A stretch of DNA of 24,000 nt from Candidatus Deianiraeaceae bacterium. GTDB lineage: Bacteria > Pseudomonadota > Alphaproteobacteria > Rickettsiales > Deianiraeaceae. The stretch covers positions 12,385-36,384 of the forward strand of contig JBILVD010000001.1 in NCBI GenBank assembly GCA_044370655.1. Direction: 5' to 3'. The notes beneath the pieces are model-generated. The model was not told where the DNA came from. It searched no databases and was given only the letters and a program-made list of their open reading frames with translations. Numbering within the stretch: position 1 is the stretch's first letter; each line of letters begins with the position of its first letter. Shown here piece by piece: positions 1 through 7,768 of the stretch. Both the position numbers and the translations under genes were made by a program.

Positions 1-60
1 AATTCTTTGTCTTATATATTCTCTACAATTTCTTATAATAAAAATAAATAAATGATGTTA

Positions 61-118
61 TAAATTTTAAAAATCAATTTTTAATCACTTTTTTCTGCTT
101 TTAAATTTTAAAAATCAA
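61..118. repeat. 17-bp direct repeat TAAATTTTAAAAATCAA (x2, 41-bp period) in the 5' intergenic region
   Basis: Exact copies occur at 61-77 and 102-118. The 3' 9-mer AAAAATCAA recurs inverted at 173-181 and 228-236. Confidence 0.6.
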
Positions 119-286
119 CCAAAAAAATATTAATAAAACTAATTAAGAAAAGTTGTTTTATATATATTTTGCTTGATTTTTAATTTTTTTGTTTTTAAAG
201 TTTATCTATTTTGTTTTAAAATTTTTCTTGATTTTTGGAAACTTTGGATTTAAGATAGAAGTCAAAAGGAAGTTATAGATGAAGAA

Positions 287-1024
287 ATGCCAAAAATCTA
301 CCTTGAAGGTCCGGCTGGGAAGTTGGAAGGGATGTACCACCAAGCAGAAGACTCAAAAGCTCCAACAGCTTTAATTCTTCATCCAAATCCGCTTTATGGT
401 GGCACAATGAATAACAAAATCACATACCATTTATATAAAGCATTTGTGAATAATAATTTTTCGGTTCTTAGAATAAATTTTAGAGGAGTGGGGAATTCGT
501 CAGGAAAGTTTGACAATGGGATAGGGGAGATTGAGGATATAAATGCAACCTTAGATTGGCTTAGGATTCAAAACGAGAAAACCTCTCATTACTGGATTGC
601 AGGCTTTTCTTTTGGAGCATATGTTGGAATGCAAAGCATAATGAGGAGACCAGAAATAGAAGGATTTATAGCGGTTTCTCCTCCTTGCTCGAGATATAAC
701 TTCGGTTTTTTCTCACCTTGTCCTATATCTGGGCTTGTCATTCAAGGAAGTGAAGATGAAATTTCAAAACCAATAGAAACAACTAAATTAGTTCAAATGT
801 GCCACAGGCAGAAGTCCGTTTCTGTTTCATATGAATTAATAGAAGGGGCAGACCACTTTTTTACAGATTATATATCAGATTTAGATTCAAAAATTGATGA
901 ATACATAAAAGAAAGGCTTGACAATAGGACAGTTAAGCCTATTATCAAGCAAAGAAAAAGGTCAAAAAATAAAAAACGCATTTCTACAGTTGCAGTAAAA
1001 ACTAAAATTAGAGTAAGATGTTAG
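287..1024 (+). CDS. alpha/beta-fold hydrolase (COG2945-like) with Lys/Arg-rich C-terminal tail
   Basis: Has the nucleophile elbow GFSFG in 'WIAGFSFGAY', 'LILHPNPLYGG' near the N-terminus and a late 'GADHFF' His motif, which together fit an alpha/beta hydrolase layout. The last ~35 aa are a basic low-complexity tail. The 3' end overlaps the ispD start. Confidence 0.75.
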   Translation: MPKIYLEGPAGKLEGMYHQAEDSKAPTALILHPNPLYGGTMNNKITYHLYKAFVNNNFSVLRINFRGVGNSSGKFDNGIGEIEDINATLDWLRIQNEKTSHYWIAGFSFGAYVGMQSIMRRPEIEGFIAVSPPCSRYNFGFFSPCPISGLVIQGSEDEISKPIETTKLVQMCHRQKSVSVSYELIEGADHFFTDYISDLDSKIDEYIKERLDNRTVKPIIKQRKRSKNKKRISTVAVKTKIRVRC

Positions 1025-1653
1025 CATGCATTATAACAGCTGGTGGGTTTGGTGAAAGATTTTCTTCCCATATCCCAAAACAGTATCATAAAATAGGAGA
1101 TGATTATATCCTACAAAAAACAATCAACATATTCAAAGCATTTACAAGCAATATTGTAACTGTAATAAGGAAGGAAGATGAAGAATTTTTTAAAGAGCAT
1201 TTTATTGGAGAGGAGTATGTTATTGGAGGTAAAACAAGGCAGGCATCTGTTTTGAAAGGTCTTAAATTTTTGGCAGAGCAGGGGGTTAATTATAAGGACG
1301 TTCTCATAACAGATGGAGTAAGACCTTTTGTTTCAAATAAATTAATTAAGGAGGTTATTAGATGTTTGCATGATGGAGAGCTTGGAGTTATCCTTTGTAT
1401 TAAAATTCAAGATACTATAAAAAGAGTGCATAATAATTATGTAATCGAAACAGTTGAAAGAGAAGGTTTGTTTGCAACTCAAACTCCGCAAGGTTTTAAA
1501 TTTAATATAATTTATGGTCTACATATGAAGTATCAAAATTTAAACCTTACAGACGATGCAGGGCTTCTTGAGAAGGAGGGAATTAAGGTGAAGGTTGTTG
1601 AAGGCGAGAAGTCTAATATCAAAATTACCACTAGAGAAGATTTATATTATTAG
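1018..1653 (+). CDS. ispD: 2-C-methyl-D-erythritol 4-phosphate cytidylyltransferase (monofunctional IspD)
   Basis: N-terminal 'IITAGGFGERF...PKQY' matches the IspD nucleotide-binding loop. 'TQTPQGF' and C-terminal 'NIKITTREDL' match IspD signatures. The length (~210 aa) fits a stand-alone IspD. Confidence 0.85.
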   Translation: MLACIITAGGFGERFSSHIPKQYHKIGDDYILQKTINIFKAFTSNIVTVIRKEDEEFFKEHFIGEEYVIGGKTRQASVLKGLKFLAEQGVNYKDVLITDGVRPFVSNKLIKEVIRCLHDGELGVILCIKIQDTIKRVHNNYVIETVEREGLFATQTPQGFKFNIIYGLHMKYQNLNLTDDAGLLEKEGIKVKVVEGEKSNIKITTREDLYY

Positions 1654-3208
1654 AATAACTTGTAAGCCAACTTACCTCATCATCAGTTAAAATTTCATAA
1701 TCAAGTAATTTTGTCTCAATATGGGCTTTTGTTAGAACTTCAAATTCTAAAAACCCTTCTAGCTTACTCTTTTTTACTAAGATTAAATTTTCAAATCTAA
1801 CGCCAAAAAACCCTTCTTTGTAATACCCTGGTTCGTTTGAAAGTATCATCCCTGCCTGTAATGGAGTATTTGAATGTTTTGAGATGGAGCAGGGCTTTTC
1901 GTGAACGGAGAGAAAATAGCCAACTCCATGACCAGTGCCGTGGTTATAAGTTAATCCTTCCTTCCATAGAAATTGCCTTGCTAGAATATCAAGCTCTGCT
2001 CCCGTTGTGCCAAAAGGAAAAACTGCCATACACAATGAAATATGCCCCTTTAAAACCAAAGTGTAAGCTCTTTTTTCTTCTTCGTTTGCATTTTCTCCAA
2101 CCATAAATACACGAGTTATATCTGTTGTTCCGCAAATTTTCTCTGTTTTATGGTAATACTGCCCACCGCTATCCACAAGCAAAAGCCCATTCCCTTTAAT
2201 TTGTTTTGCTGACTCTTTTTTTGCTTTATAATGCACGATTGCACCATTTTCCTTAAATCCAACTATTGGAGCAAAACTTTCCATTACAAATCCTGTTTGC
2301 TTTTTTCTAAATTCGAGTAATTTTTCGCCTAAAGTAAACTCAGTTTCATTTTCTAGCTTTGCCTTTTTAAGCCAATTTGCAAACTCTTTAATCGCTTTTC
2401 CATCTTGAGCGTGTGCTTTTTTTATACATTCTATTTCAAATTCTGTCTTGATTATTTTTTGATTTTGAATAAAATTTTGCTTTTCAAATATAATTTCATT
2501 TTGCTTAGAAAGCTCTAAAAATATAGAATAGGGAGCGGACAATTGAAGTAATATTTTACCATATTTCAAATTTTGCACTTCACTAGGAGAGACAAGTTTT
2601 TGCGTTTCACGTGAAACAATTGCAAAAAATGGAACTACTGGAGAATAATCTAAATATCTTCCACGAATGTTAAGTAGATAGCAAACGTCGTGAGGGTCGC
2701 TTATAAAAAGTGCATCTGCCTCACATTCTTCTATATATTTTAGGGATTTTATGATTTTTTCCTCCTTACTATCCCCTGCAAGTTCAAAATTTGATGTTTC
2801 ACGTGAAACATTTATTTCTCTTTGCCAAATTTTATCTATGGGGCAGTTATCTACTATTTCAAAATTTAAGCCTTTTGCTTTTAAATCTTGAATAAATTGA
2901 TAGGAATAAAATTTTCCGTCAAGTGCGAAGTTTATTTTTTTTAAATGTGTAATTAAAGTTGATACATCTAATATTTCAAACTTTTGACCGCATTCCATTT
3001 GTGCTTGAATTACATATCTTCCATCTATAAAAAGAAGATTTTTATTAGAGTTTTTAAAAATTAATGCAAAGGCTGTAGAGCCTGTAAATCCTGTTAAAAA
3101 CTCTAGTCTTTTTGCATGAGAAGGAGTGTATTCCCCTAAAAATTCATCACTTGTTGTTATTAAAAAAGCTTCAATTGATTGAGGCAGAAAATTAAATATG
3201 TCTTTCAT
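1631..3208 (-). CDS. pepP: Xaa-Pro aminopeptidase, M24B family with creatinase-like N-terminal domains
   Basis: Pita-bread metal-ligand motifs 'HGTGHGVGYFLSVHE' and 'SNEPGYY...GVRFEN' are present, along with 'TDITR'. The ORF is 525 aa. It contains two parS palindromes in the poorly conserved N-terminal half. Confidence 0.8.
   Translation of the reverse strand: MKDIFNFLPQSIEAFLITTSDEFLGEYTPSHAKRLEFLTGFTGSTAFALIFKNSNKNLLFIDGRYVIQAQMECGQKFEILDVSTLITHLKKINFALDGKFYSYQFIQDLKAKGLNFEIVDNCPIDKIWQREINVSRETSNFELAGDSKEEKIIKSLKYIEECEADALFISDPHDVCYLLNIRGRYLDYSPVVPFFAIVSRETQKLVSPSEVQNLKYGKILLQLSAPYSIFLELSKQNEIIFEKQNFIQNQKIIKTEFEIECIKKAHAQDGKAIKEFANWLKKAKLENETEFTLGEKLLEFRKKQTGFVMESFAPIVGFKENGAIVHYKAKKESAKQIKGNGLLLVDSGGQYYHKTEKICGTTDITRVFMVGENANEEEKRAYTLVLKGHISLCMAVFPFGTTGAELDILARQFLWKEGLTYNHGTGHGVGYFLSVHEKPCSISKHSNTPLQAGMILSNEPGYYKEGFFGVRFENLILVKKSKLEGFLEFEVLTKAHIETKLLDYEILTDDEVSWLTSYSNNINLL
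2603..2618. other. parS-like ParB-binding site, 15/16 match (cGTTTCACGTGAAACA)
   Basis: The 14-bp perfect palindrome GTTTCACGTGAAAC is present, and the outer 5' T is replaced by C. The site lies inside pepP and is read as VSRET on the minus strand. Confidence 0.7.
2795..2810. other. parS ParB-binding site, perfect 16/16 (TGTTTCACGTGAAACA)
   Basis: An exact match to the palindromic form of the parS consensus TGTTNCACGTGAAACA. It is inside pepP, 192 bp from the previous site, and is read as VSRET. Confidence 0.8.
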
Positions 3209-3951
3209 TTGATATCAAAATTAAAATATTCGTCTTTAAAAGGTTCGTTTTTTAATGTAAAATGCCACCATTCTCCGTTAATTCCCTTAAATCCATTTTT
3301 CTCCATAATCTTTCGCAAAAACTCCCTTTTTTTGTTAAATTCTTGGCTCATTAAAGGGCTATTCGCCCAACTTTCTGTGCCAAAAAAGTCCCAATGCATT
3401 CCCATATCTTCAGTGCAATCATCAAGAAAGGTAAACTTCCCCCTCTTTACAGACTTTACTTTACAAATTTTTTGCCCTTTTTTTATTATACTCACATCAA
3501 TAGTGCTCCCTCTAGAATGGGTTGATTTTTTTGCAACAAATCCCCTCTTAAAAATTTCATCCTTTGAAAGTTCGGGAAAATAAAAAAATTTTTTCTCTTC
3601 ATTTTCTTCTTTTGCCCATTTAATCATATCTTCACTTGCTTTTCTTGGACGATATCCATCATAAACTACAATTTCAAATCCTTCTCTTAAAAAGTCTTCA
3701 TTTGCTTTTTTAATTGCGAGCCCCGCCTCTTTTGTTAGTATAATTTCTGATTTTAAATAACCAGCCAAAATGCGACCTGTAAAATTTTCCTCCTCCGCAT
3801 ACCTAACTGATTGTTGAATTTCTGGTGCTATATTTTTTAGATACACGAAGCTCTCAGGAATTGCAAAAGAGGTGGTAAAAAATGTCATAAAAAGGTAAAA
3901 AAATATCATAAAACAACATTTATTATTATATATCTCAACCATATTTAACAA
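3205..3951 (-). CDS. ddpX: D-alanyl-D-alanine dipeptidase (M15D, VanX/DdpX-like) with N-terminal hydrophobic signal/anchor
   Basis: Has 'YDGYRP', 'STHSRGSTIDVS' (the SxHxxGxAxD-type zinc motif) and 'GEWWHF', which are typical of VanX/DdpX. The N-terminus 'MIFFYLFMTFFTTSFA' looks like a signal peptide. The true start may be one of the internal Met codons (3942 or 3909). Confidence 0.8.
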   Translation of the reverse strand: MLNMVEIYNNKCCFMIFFYLFMTFFTTSFAIPESFVYLKNIAPEIQQSVRYAEEENFTGRILAGYLKSEIILTKEAGLAIKKANEDFLREGFEIVVYDGYRPRKASEDMIKWAKEENEEKKFFYFPELSKDEIFKRGFVAKKSTHSRGSTIDVSIIKKGQKICKVKSVKRGKFTFLDDCTEDMGMHWDFFGTESWANSPLMSQEFNKKREFLRKIMEKNGFKGINGEWWHFTLKNEPFKDEYFNFDIK

Positions 3952-4031
3952 AATAGCAAGAGAAATTAATTATTTGCTTGCTTTTTGCAAGATTTATCTA
4001 TATTAAATTAAGTAATATTAAGGTTTTAGAT

Positions 4032-6944
4032 ATGAAAGAATTGACTAAATTTTTTGATTACAGGACAAGAGAGAAAGAGATTGCAGAAAAATGGAAAATG
4101 GAAAAATTTTATAAATTTGAAAACGTTGGAACTTCTTTTAAGATAGATACTCCGCCTCCAACTGTTTCAGGCTTGCTTCATATGGGGCATGTTTTTTCAT
4201 ATGTGCAAGCAGACATAATTGCAAGATATAAAAGACAACTTGGTTATGATGTTTTTTACCCCATTGGTTTTGATGATAACGGGCTTCCAACTGAAAGACT
4301 TGTTGAAAAATTGACAGGTAAAAAAGCTTTAAAAAATGCAACAAAAGAAGAATTTATTAAAGAGTGTAATAGAGTTATAGAAGAAGCAGAGAAAGATTTT
4401 GAAGATTTATTTACTAAAATTGGTCTTTCTGTTGATTTTGATCTTAAATATCAAACCATATCTCCAAAAACAGCGGAAATTAGTCAGGATTCTTTTGTAG
4501 ACTTATATAAAAAGGGGCTTGTATATCAAAAGCTTGCCCCTGTTTATTTTGACACGACGGATAAAACTGCCCTTGCACAGGCGGATATTGAAGATAGAGA
4601 AACGGCAGGTTTGCAGGTTGTATATAAAGCTCTTATTGACCTTGGGAATGACAAATTTGAGACAGTTGATATAATGACAACAAGGTCAGAGATGCTTCCC
4701 GCTTGCGTTTGCGTGCTTTACCACCCTGAAGATGAGCGTTATTTAAAATTTGCAGGTAAAAAAATTCTTTTACCTAACAAAGGAGGGGAGTATGACCTTG
4801 AGGTTTGCATGATTGCTGATTTTGACGTTTCTCGTGAAAAGGGAACGGGGCTTGTGATGTGCTGTGCGTTTGGAGATATGCAAGATAAAGTATGGATAGA
4901 AAGGTATAATTTATGGTCTTTAATTCCAATTAGATACGCTTTGCAAAATGGAATGCCAAGCATTGAAAAGACAGAATTTTCTAGCCAAAACTTAATTACA
5001 GATGACGGATTTGTGAATGACAGTCTTTTTGTTAAGGAAGATGGTAAGTTTATGAAAGTTGAGGAAGCGAGAAAATTTATAATAGAAAAGATGGTATCTA
5101 TGGGGCTTGTTGTTGGCTCTAAAATTGGAGATAATTTTGAAGACGCTTTAAATGATGAAGGAATAAAATTAAATAGAATTTCTCATACCGTTAAATGCGG
5201 TGAAAGAAGCGGAAAGCCAGTTGAGATACTTCTTAAAAATCAATGGTATTTAAGTTTATTACCTTTTAAGAGGGATTTTATGGAAGTTGTAAAACGCATA
5301 AATTTTTACCCTAGTCAAATGAAAATTCGCTTAGAGCAATGGATAGAAGGTTTAAATCAAGATTGGTGTATTTCTCGTGATAGATTTTTTGGAATATCAA
5401 TTCCAGTTCGTGAATTTGAATTTATAGATAATGTTTCACGTAAAACAATGGATAATATAAAAAATGATTTTTATAGAGAGACGCTTAGCACTTTAATTCA
5501 AAAATCGGGAGGACTAGCAAAAGAAGATTACTTTGAAATGGAAGCACAAAATTTGCAAGACATGATGGAAAGTCCAGAGTATTTGAGCTTTGAAGATAGT
5601 TTTGTTTTGAGTGGTCTTGACTTAGAAGTTAAAAATATCGGTATTAAGAAGTATGTAATTGAAATTCATAGAAACCTAGATGGCGTGTTTAATGAATTTT
5701 TGTCAGAAGTTGGAGGAGAGAGGTGTGAAGGTGGTAAGTTTATATTGAAAGACGGAAAGTTAGAGTTTTTACAGCAATTGATTAAAGAAAAGTTAAACAT
5801 GCTTGAAGAAGATTTAGGTATTTCTAATTTGCAAGTCAAAACTGAACCTGCGGTTTTTGACACTTGGTTTACAAGCTCCATTAGCCCTCAAGTTGCATTT
5901 GGAAGTTTGATGGAAACTCCCGTTTTTGACCTTCGCCCCCAAGCTCATGAAATAATAAGAACATGGGCGTTTTACACGATGGTAAAGTCTTATCTTCACT
6001 CTCTTGAGTTAAAATCGGAGGAAAAAAAGCCAAATGCAAAATCTCCTTTCAATTCCCGTGAATTTTTTAGAATGAAAGAGAATCCAAATATAATTCCTTG
6101 GAAGAGCGTAATGCTTTCTGGTTGGTGCCTTGCTAGCGATAAAACAAAAATGAGTAAATCTAAAGGCAATGTAATCACACCACTGAAATTAATTGAAGAA
6201 AAAGGAGTGGATACAATACGTCTTTGGTGTGCTTCTGCAAGTTTAGGTATGGATACCGCATATGATGAGAATTTTCTTGAAGAAGGAAAGAGGTTTGTTA
6301 ACAAATTATGGAATGCATTTAAGTTTTTTGCACTAAAAGAGGAATATTTTGATGAAACGGCAAAAATTACAGAAAGTTTTGATAAATGGATAATTGCTCG
6401 TTTAAATGAAGTGTTAATTGAATACAAAATGCAAATGGATATTTTTGAGTATTCTAAAGCAAAAGATATTTTAGATAGCTTTTTTTGGAAAGATGTGTGT
6501 GACAATTATTTAGAGATTATAAAAGTGCGTTATTACGGTCTTGAAGCTTTAATTTATAAAGAAAATCCCTCTCAAAATCCTGACGAGGTTTTAGCAAAAC
6601 AAAAGTCTGCGATTAAAACTTTAAAAATTATTCTTGAAAGTCTCTTAGTGTTGTATGCCCCATTTGCAACATTTATCACAGAAGAGCTTTCAATGAAGTT
6701 TTTTGGTTATTCAATTCACAAGAGAGGTTCGCTTAAAAATCTTTCTATCCCAAGTTTTGAAAACAACCTAACTGCTATTGAAGCATTAAGATTAATTGAA
6801 TTTGTTCGTAAATATAAAAGTGAGAATTCTCTTTCCATGAATGCAAGTATAGATGAATTTAGCTTTACTGCAACTAACAATTTAACATCCTTCGAGGAAG
6901 ATTTGAAAAACGTGACAAGTGTAAAAAATTTTAAGTTTTTATGA
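4032..6944 (+). CDS. valS: valine--tRNA ligase, type-2 (archaeal-like) form with lineage-specific insertions
   Basis: Contains 'PPPTVSGLLHMGHVFSY' (HIGH-type motif), 'WCISRDRFFG', 'DTWFTSS' and 'KMSKSKGN'. The ORF track opens at a TTG at 3978, but ATG 4032 (MKELTKFF...) is the more plausible start. The 3' end overlaps the rlpA start (ATGA). Confidence 0.9.
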   Translation: MKELTKFFDYRTREKEIAEKWKMEKFYKFENVGTSFKIDTPPPTVSGLLHMGHVFSYVQADIIARYKRQLGYDVFYPIGFDDNGLPTERLVEKLTGKKALKNATKEEFIKECNRVIEEAEKDFEDLFTKIGLSVDFDLKYQTISPKTAEISQDSFVDLYKKGLVYQKLAPVYFDTTDKTALAQADIEDRETAGLQVVYKALIDLGNDKFETVDIMTTRSEMLPACVCVLYHPEDERYLKFAGKKILLPNKGGEYDLEVCMIADFDVSREKGTGLVMCCAFGDMQDKVWIERYNLWSLIPIRYALQNGMPSIEKTEFSSQNLITDDGFVNDSLFVKEDGKFMKVEEARKFIIEKMVSMGLVVGSKIGDNFEDALNDEGIKLNRISHTVKCGERSGKPVEILLKNQWYLSLLPFKRDFMEVVKRINFYPSQMKIRLEQWIEGLNQDWCISRDRFFGISIPVREFEFIDNVSRKTMDNIKNDFYRETLSTLIQKSGGLAKEDYFEMEAQNLQDMMESPEYLSFEDSFVLSGLDLEVKNIGIKKYVIEIHRNLDGVFNEFLSEVGGERCEGGKFILKDGKLEFLQQLIKEKLNMLEEDLGISNLQVKTEPAVFDTWFTSSISPQVAFGSLMETPVFDLRPQAHEIIRTWAFYTMVKSYLHSLELKSEEKKPNAKSPFNSREFFRMKENPNIIPWKSVMLSGWCLASDKTKMSKSKGNVITPLKLIEEKGVDTIRLWCASASLGMDTAYDENFLEEGKRFVNKLWNAFKFFALKEEYFDETAKITESFDKWIIARLNEVLIEYKMQMDIFEYSKAKDILDSFFWKDVCDNYLEIIKVRYYGLEALIYKENPSQNPDEVLAKQKSAIKTLKIILESLLVLYAPFATFITEELSMKFFGYSIHKRGSLKNLSIPSFENNLTAIEALRLIEFVRKYKSENSLSMNASIDEFSFTATNNLTSFEEDLKNVTSVKNFKFL
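5432..5447. other. parS-like site, 15/16 match (TGTTTCACGTaAAACA)
   Basis: There is a single G to A change at position 11. The site is inside the lineage-specific insertion of valS and is read as VSRKT. Confidence 0.55.
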
Positions 6945-7765
6945 GAAAGAGCTTTTTTTTGGTTTTAGTTTGTATATTATTAAATTGCAATCTATCTTTT
7001 GCTAGTTATGATAAGTCTAAATTTGGAGACTACAAAGTTGGAAATCCCTACAAAATTGGCAAAAAAGAATATATTCCTAAAAAATACAACTCGCTTGAAG
7101 AAGAAGGTTATATATCTTGGTATGGCCCTGGTTTTCATGCAAAAAAAACAGCAAATGGAGCTAAGTTTAATAAAAACTCTTACACGGTAGCACATAAAAC
7201 TCTTCAAATGCCTGCCGTTATTGAAATTACAAATTTGGAAAATGGTAAAAAATTAATTGCAGTTGTCAACGATAGAGGGCCTTTCTCCGAAACTCAACAT
7301 AGAATTTTAGACGTATCAGAAAAAATCGCTAAAGATTTAGACTTTTTAAAAAAAGGAGTTGTACGTGCTAGAATAAAATTTTTACCAAAAGAGACGCAAA
7401 GATTAATGCAAGGAAAGAGTATAAAATTAGGTTTAGTTTCAAATCCAGTAAAAACAAAGGAATTTACTCCTCAAAAACAAGTTGTTTCACGTGAAACAAC
7501 AAAAACTGATTTCAGTCAAGGATATCTAGTTGGAGTTTATATTCAAGTTGGAGTATTTAAAAATCCCAATAATGCAATAAGTGTATTGAGAAAATTAGAG
7601 AATGATGGCATTAAAGAAGCAAAAATAACAACAGAAAAAACAAAAAGCGGAGATAGTGTTGAGATTGTGAGAATTGGACCTTTAAATGAAGAGATACAAG
7701 AAAAAACCTTGACTAAAGTCAAAAATCTTGGATACTCTAATGCACGAATATTAACTTTAAACTAA
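6941..7765 (+). CDS. rlpA: septal ring lytic transglycosylase RlpA-family protein (DPBB domain + C-terminal SPOR domain)
   Basis: Has a signal peptide, an RlpA DPBB core ('GYISWYGPGFHAKKTANG...AHKTLQMPAVIEITNLENGK...VNDRGPF') and a C-terminal SPOR-like segment ('GVYIQVGVFKNPNNA...IVRIGP'). A perfect parS lies in the inter-domain linker. Confidence 0.85.
   Translation: MRKSFFLVLVCILLNCNLSFASYDKSKFGDYKVGNPYKIGKKEYIPKKYNSLEEEGYISWYGPGFHAKKTANGAKFNKNSYTVAHKTLQMPAVIEITNLENGKKLIAVVNDRGPFSETQHRILDVSEKIAKDLDFLKKGVVRARIKFLPKETQRLMQGKSIKLGLVSNPVKTKEFTPQKQVVSRETTKTDFSQGYLVGVYIQVGVFKNPNNAISVLRKLENDGIKEAKITTEKTKSGDSVEIVRIGPLNEEIQEKTLTKVKNLGYSNARILTLN
7483..7498. other. parS ParB-binding site, perfect 16/16 (TGTTTCACGTGAAACA; palindrome extends to 20 bp)
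   Basis: The sequence gttGTTTCACGTGAAACaac lies inside the rlpA DPBB-SPOR linker and is read as VSRET. Confidence 0.8.
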
Positions 7766-7768
7766 AAT

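Noticed and set aside
199-210. The 12-mer AGTTTATCTATT is shared between the 5' intergenic region (199-210) and the XRE upstream region (14193-14204), and TTATCTATT weakly resembles a DnaA box (TTATCCACA)
   Set aside because: The match to the DnaA box is only 6/9. A single shared AT-rich 12-mer is within what chance allows across many comparisons, and no inverted partner half-site lies near 199-210. It is mentioned only as a lead under the XRE finding.
1631-1653. Two convergent gene pairs (ispD/pepP at 1631-1653 and the orphan ORF/thiD at 21215-21237) both overlap by exactly 23 nt
   Set aside because: The two overlap regions share no sequence similarity. Equal length is most likely coincidence in a compact genome, and I see no structure suggesting antisense regulation.
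4826-4841. Additional weak parS-like sequences: cGTTTCtCGTGAAAag (4826-4841) and TaTTTCtCGTGAtAgA (5369-5384), each 12/16
   Set aside because: Each has four mismatches, including core positions. The second simply encodes the conserved ISRDR synthetase motif. Both are below what I would accept as ParB sites without binding data.
5410-5850. Intein or mobile-element origin for the ValRS insertion
   Set aside because: The segment has no Cys/Ser/Thr N-terminal nucleophile with a C-terminal His-Asn junction, no homing-endonuclease motifs and no flanking direct repeats. It reads as a low-complexity surface-loop expansion.
5996-6505. A 169-aa ORF antisense to valS, plus similar antisense or shadow ORFs at 1837-2106, 3179-3583, 4138-4344, 4739-4963, 5666-5999, 6992-7207, 8892-9107, 9255-9542, 10705-10890, 13208-13417, 13886-14101, 17105-17413, 19832-20035, 20790-21214 and 21516-21788
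   Set aside because: All lie entirely within, or opposite, ORFs that have strong family signatures. Their products are Ser/Leu/Phe/Ile-rich low-complexity sequences, typical of shadow frames in AT-rich DNA, and none shows a recognisable motif.
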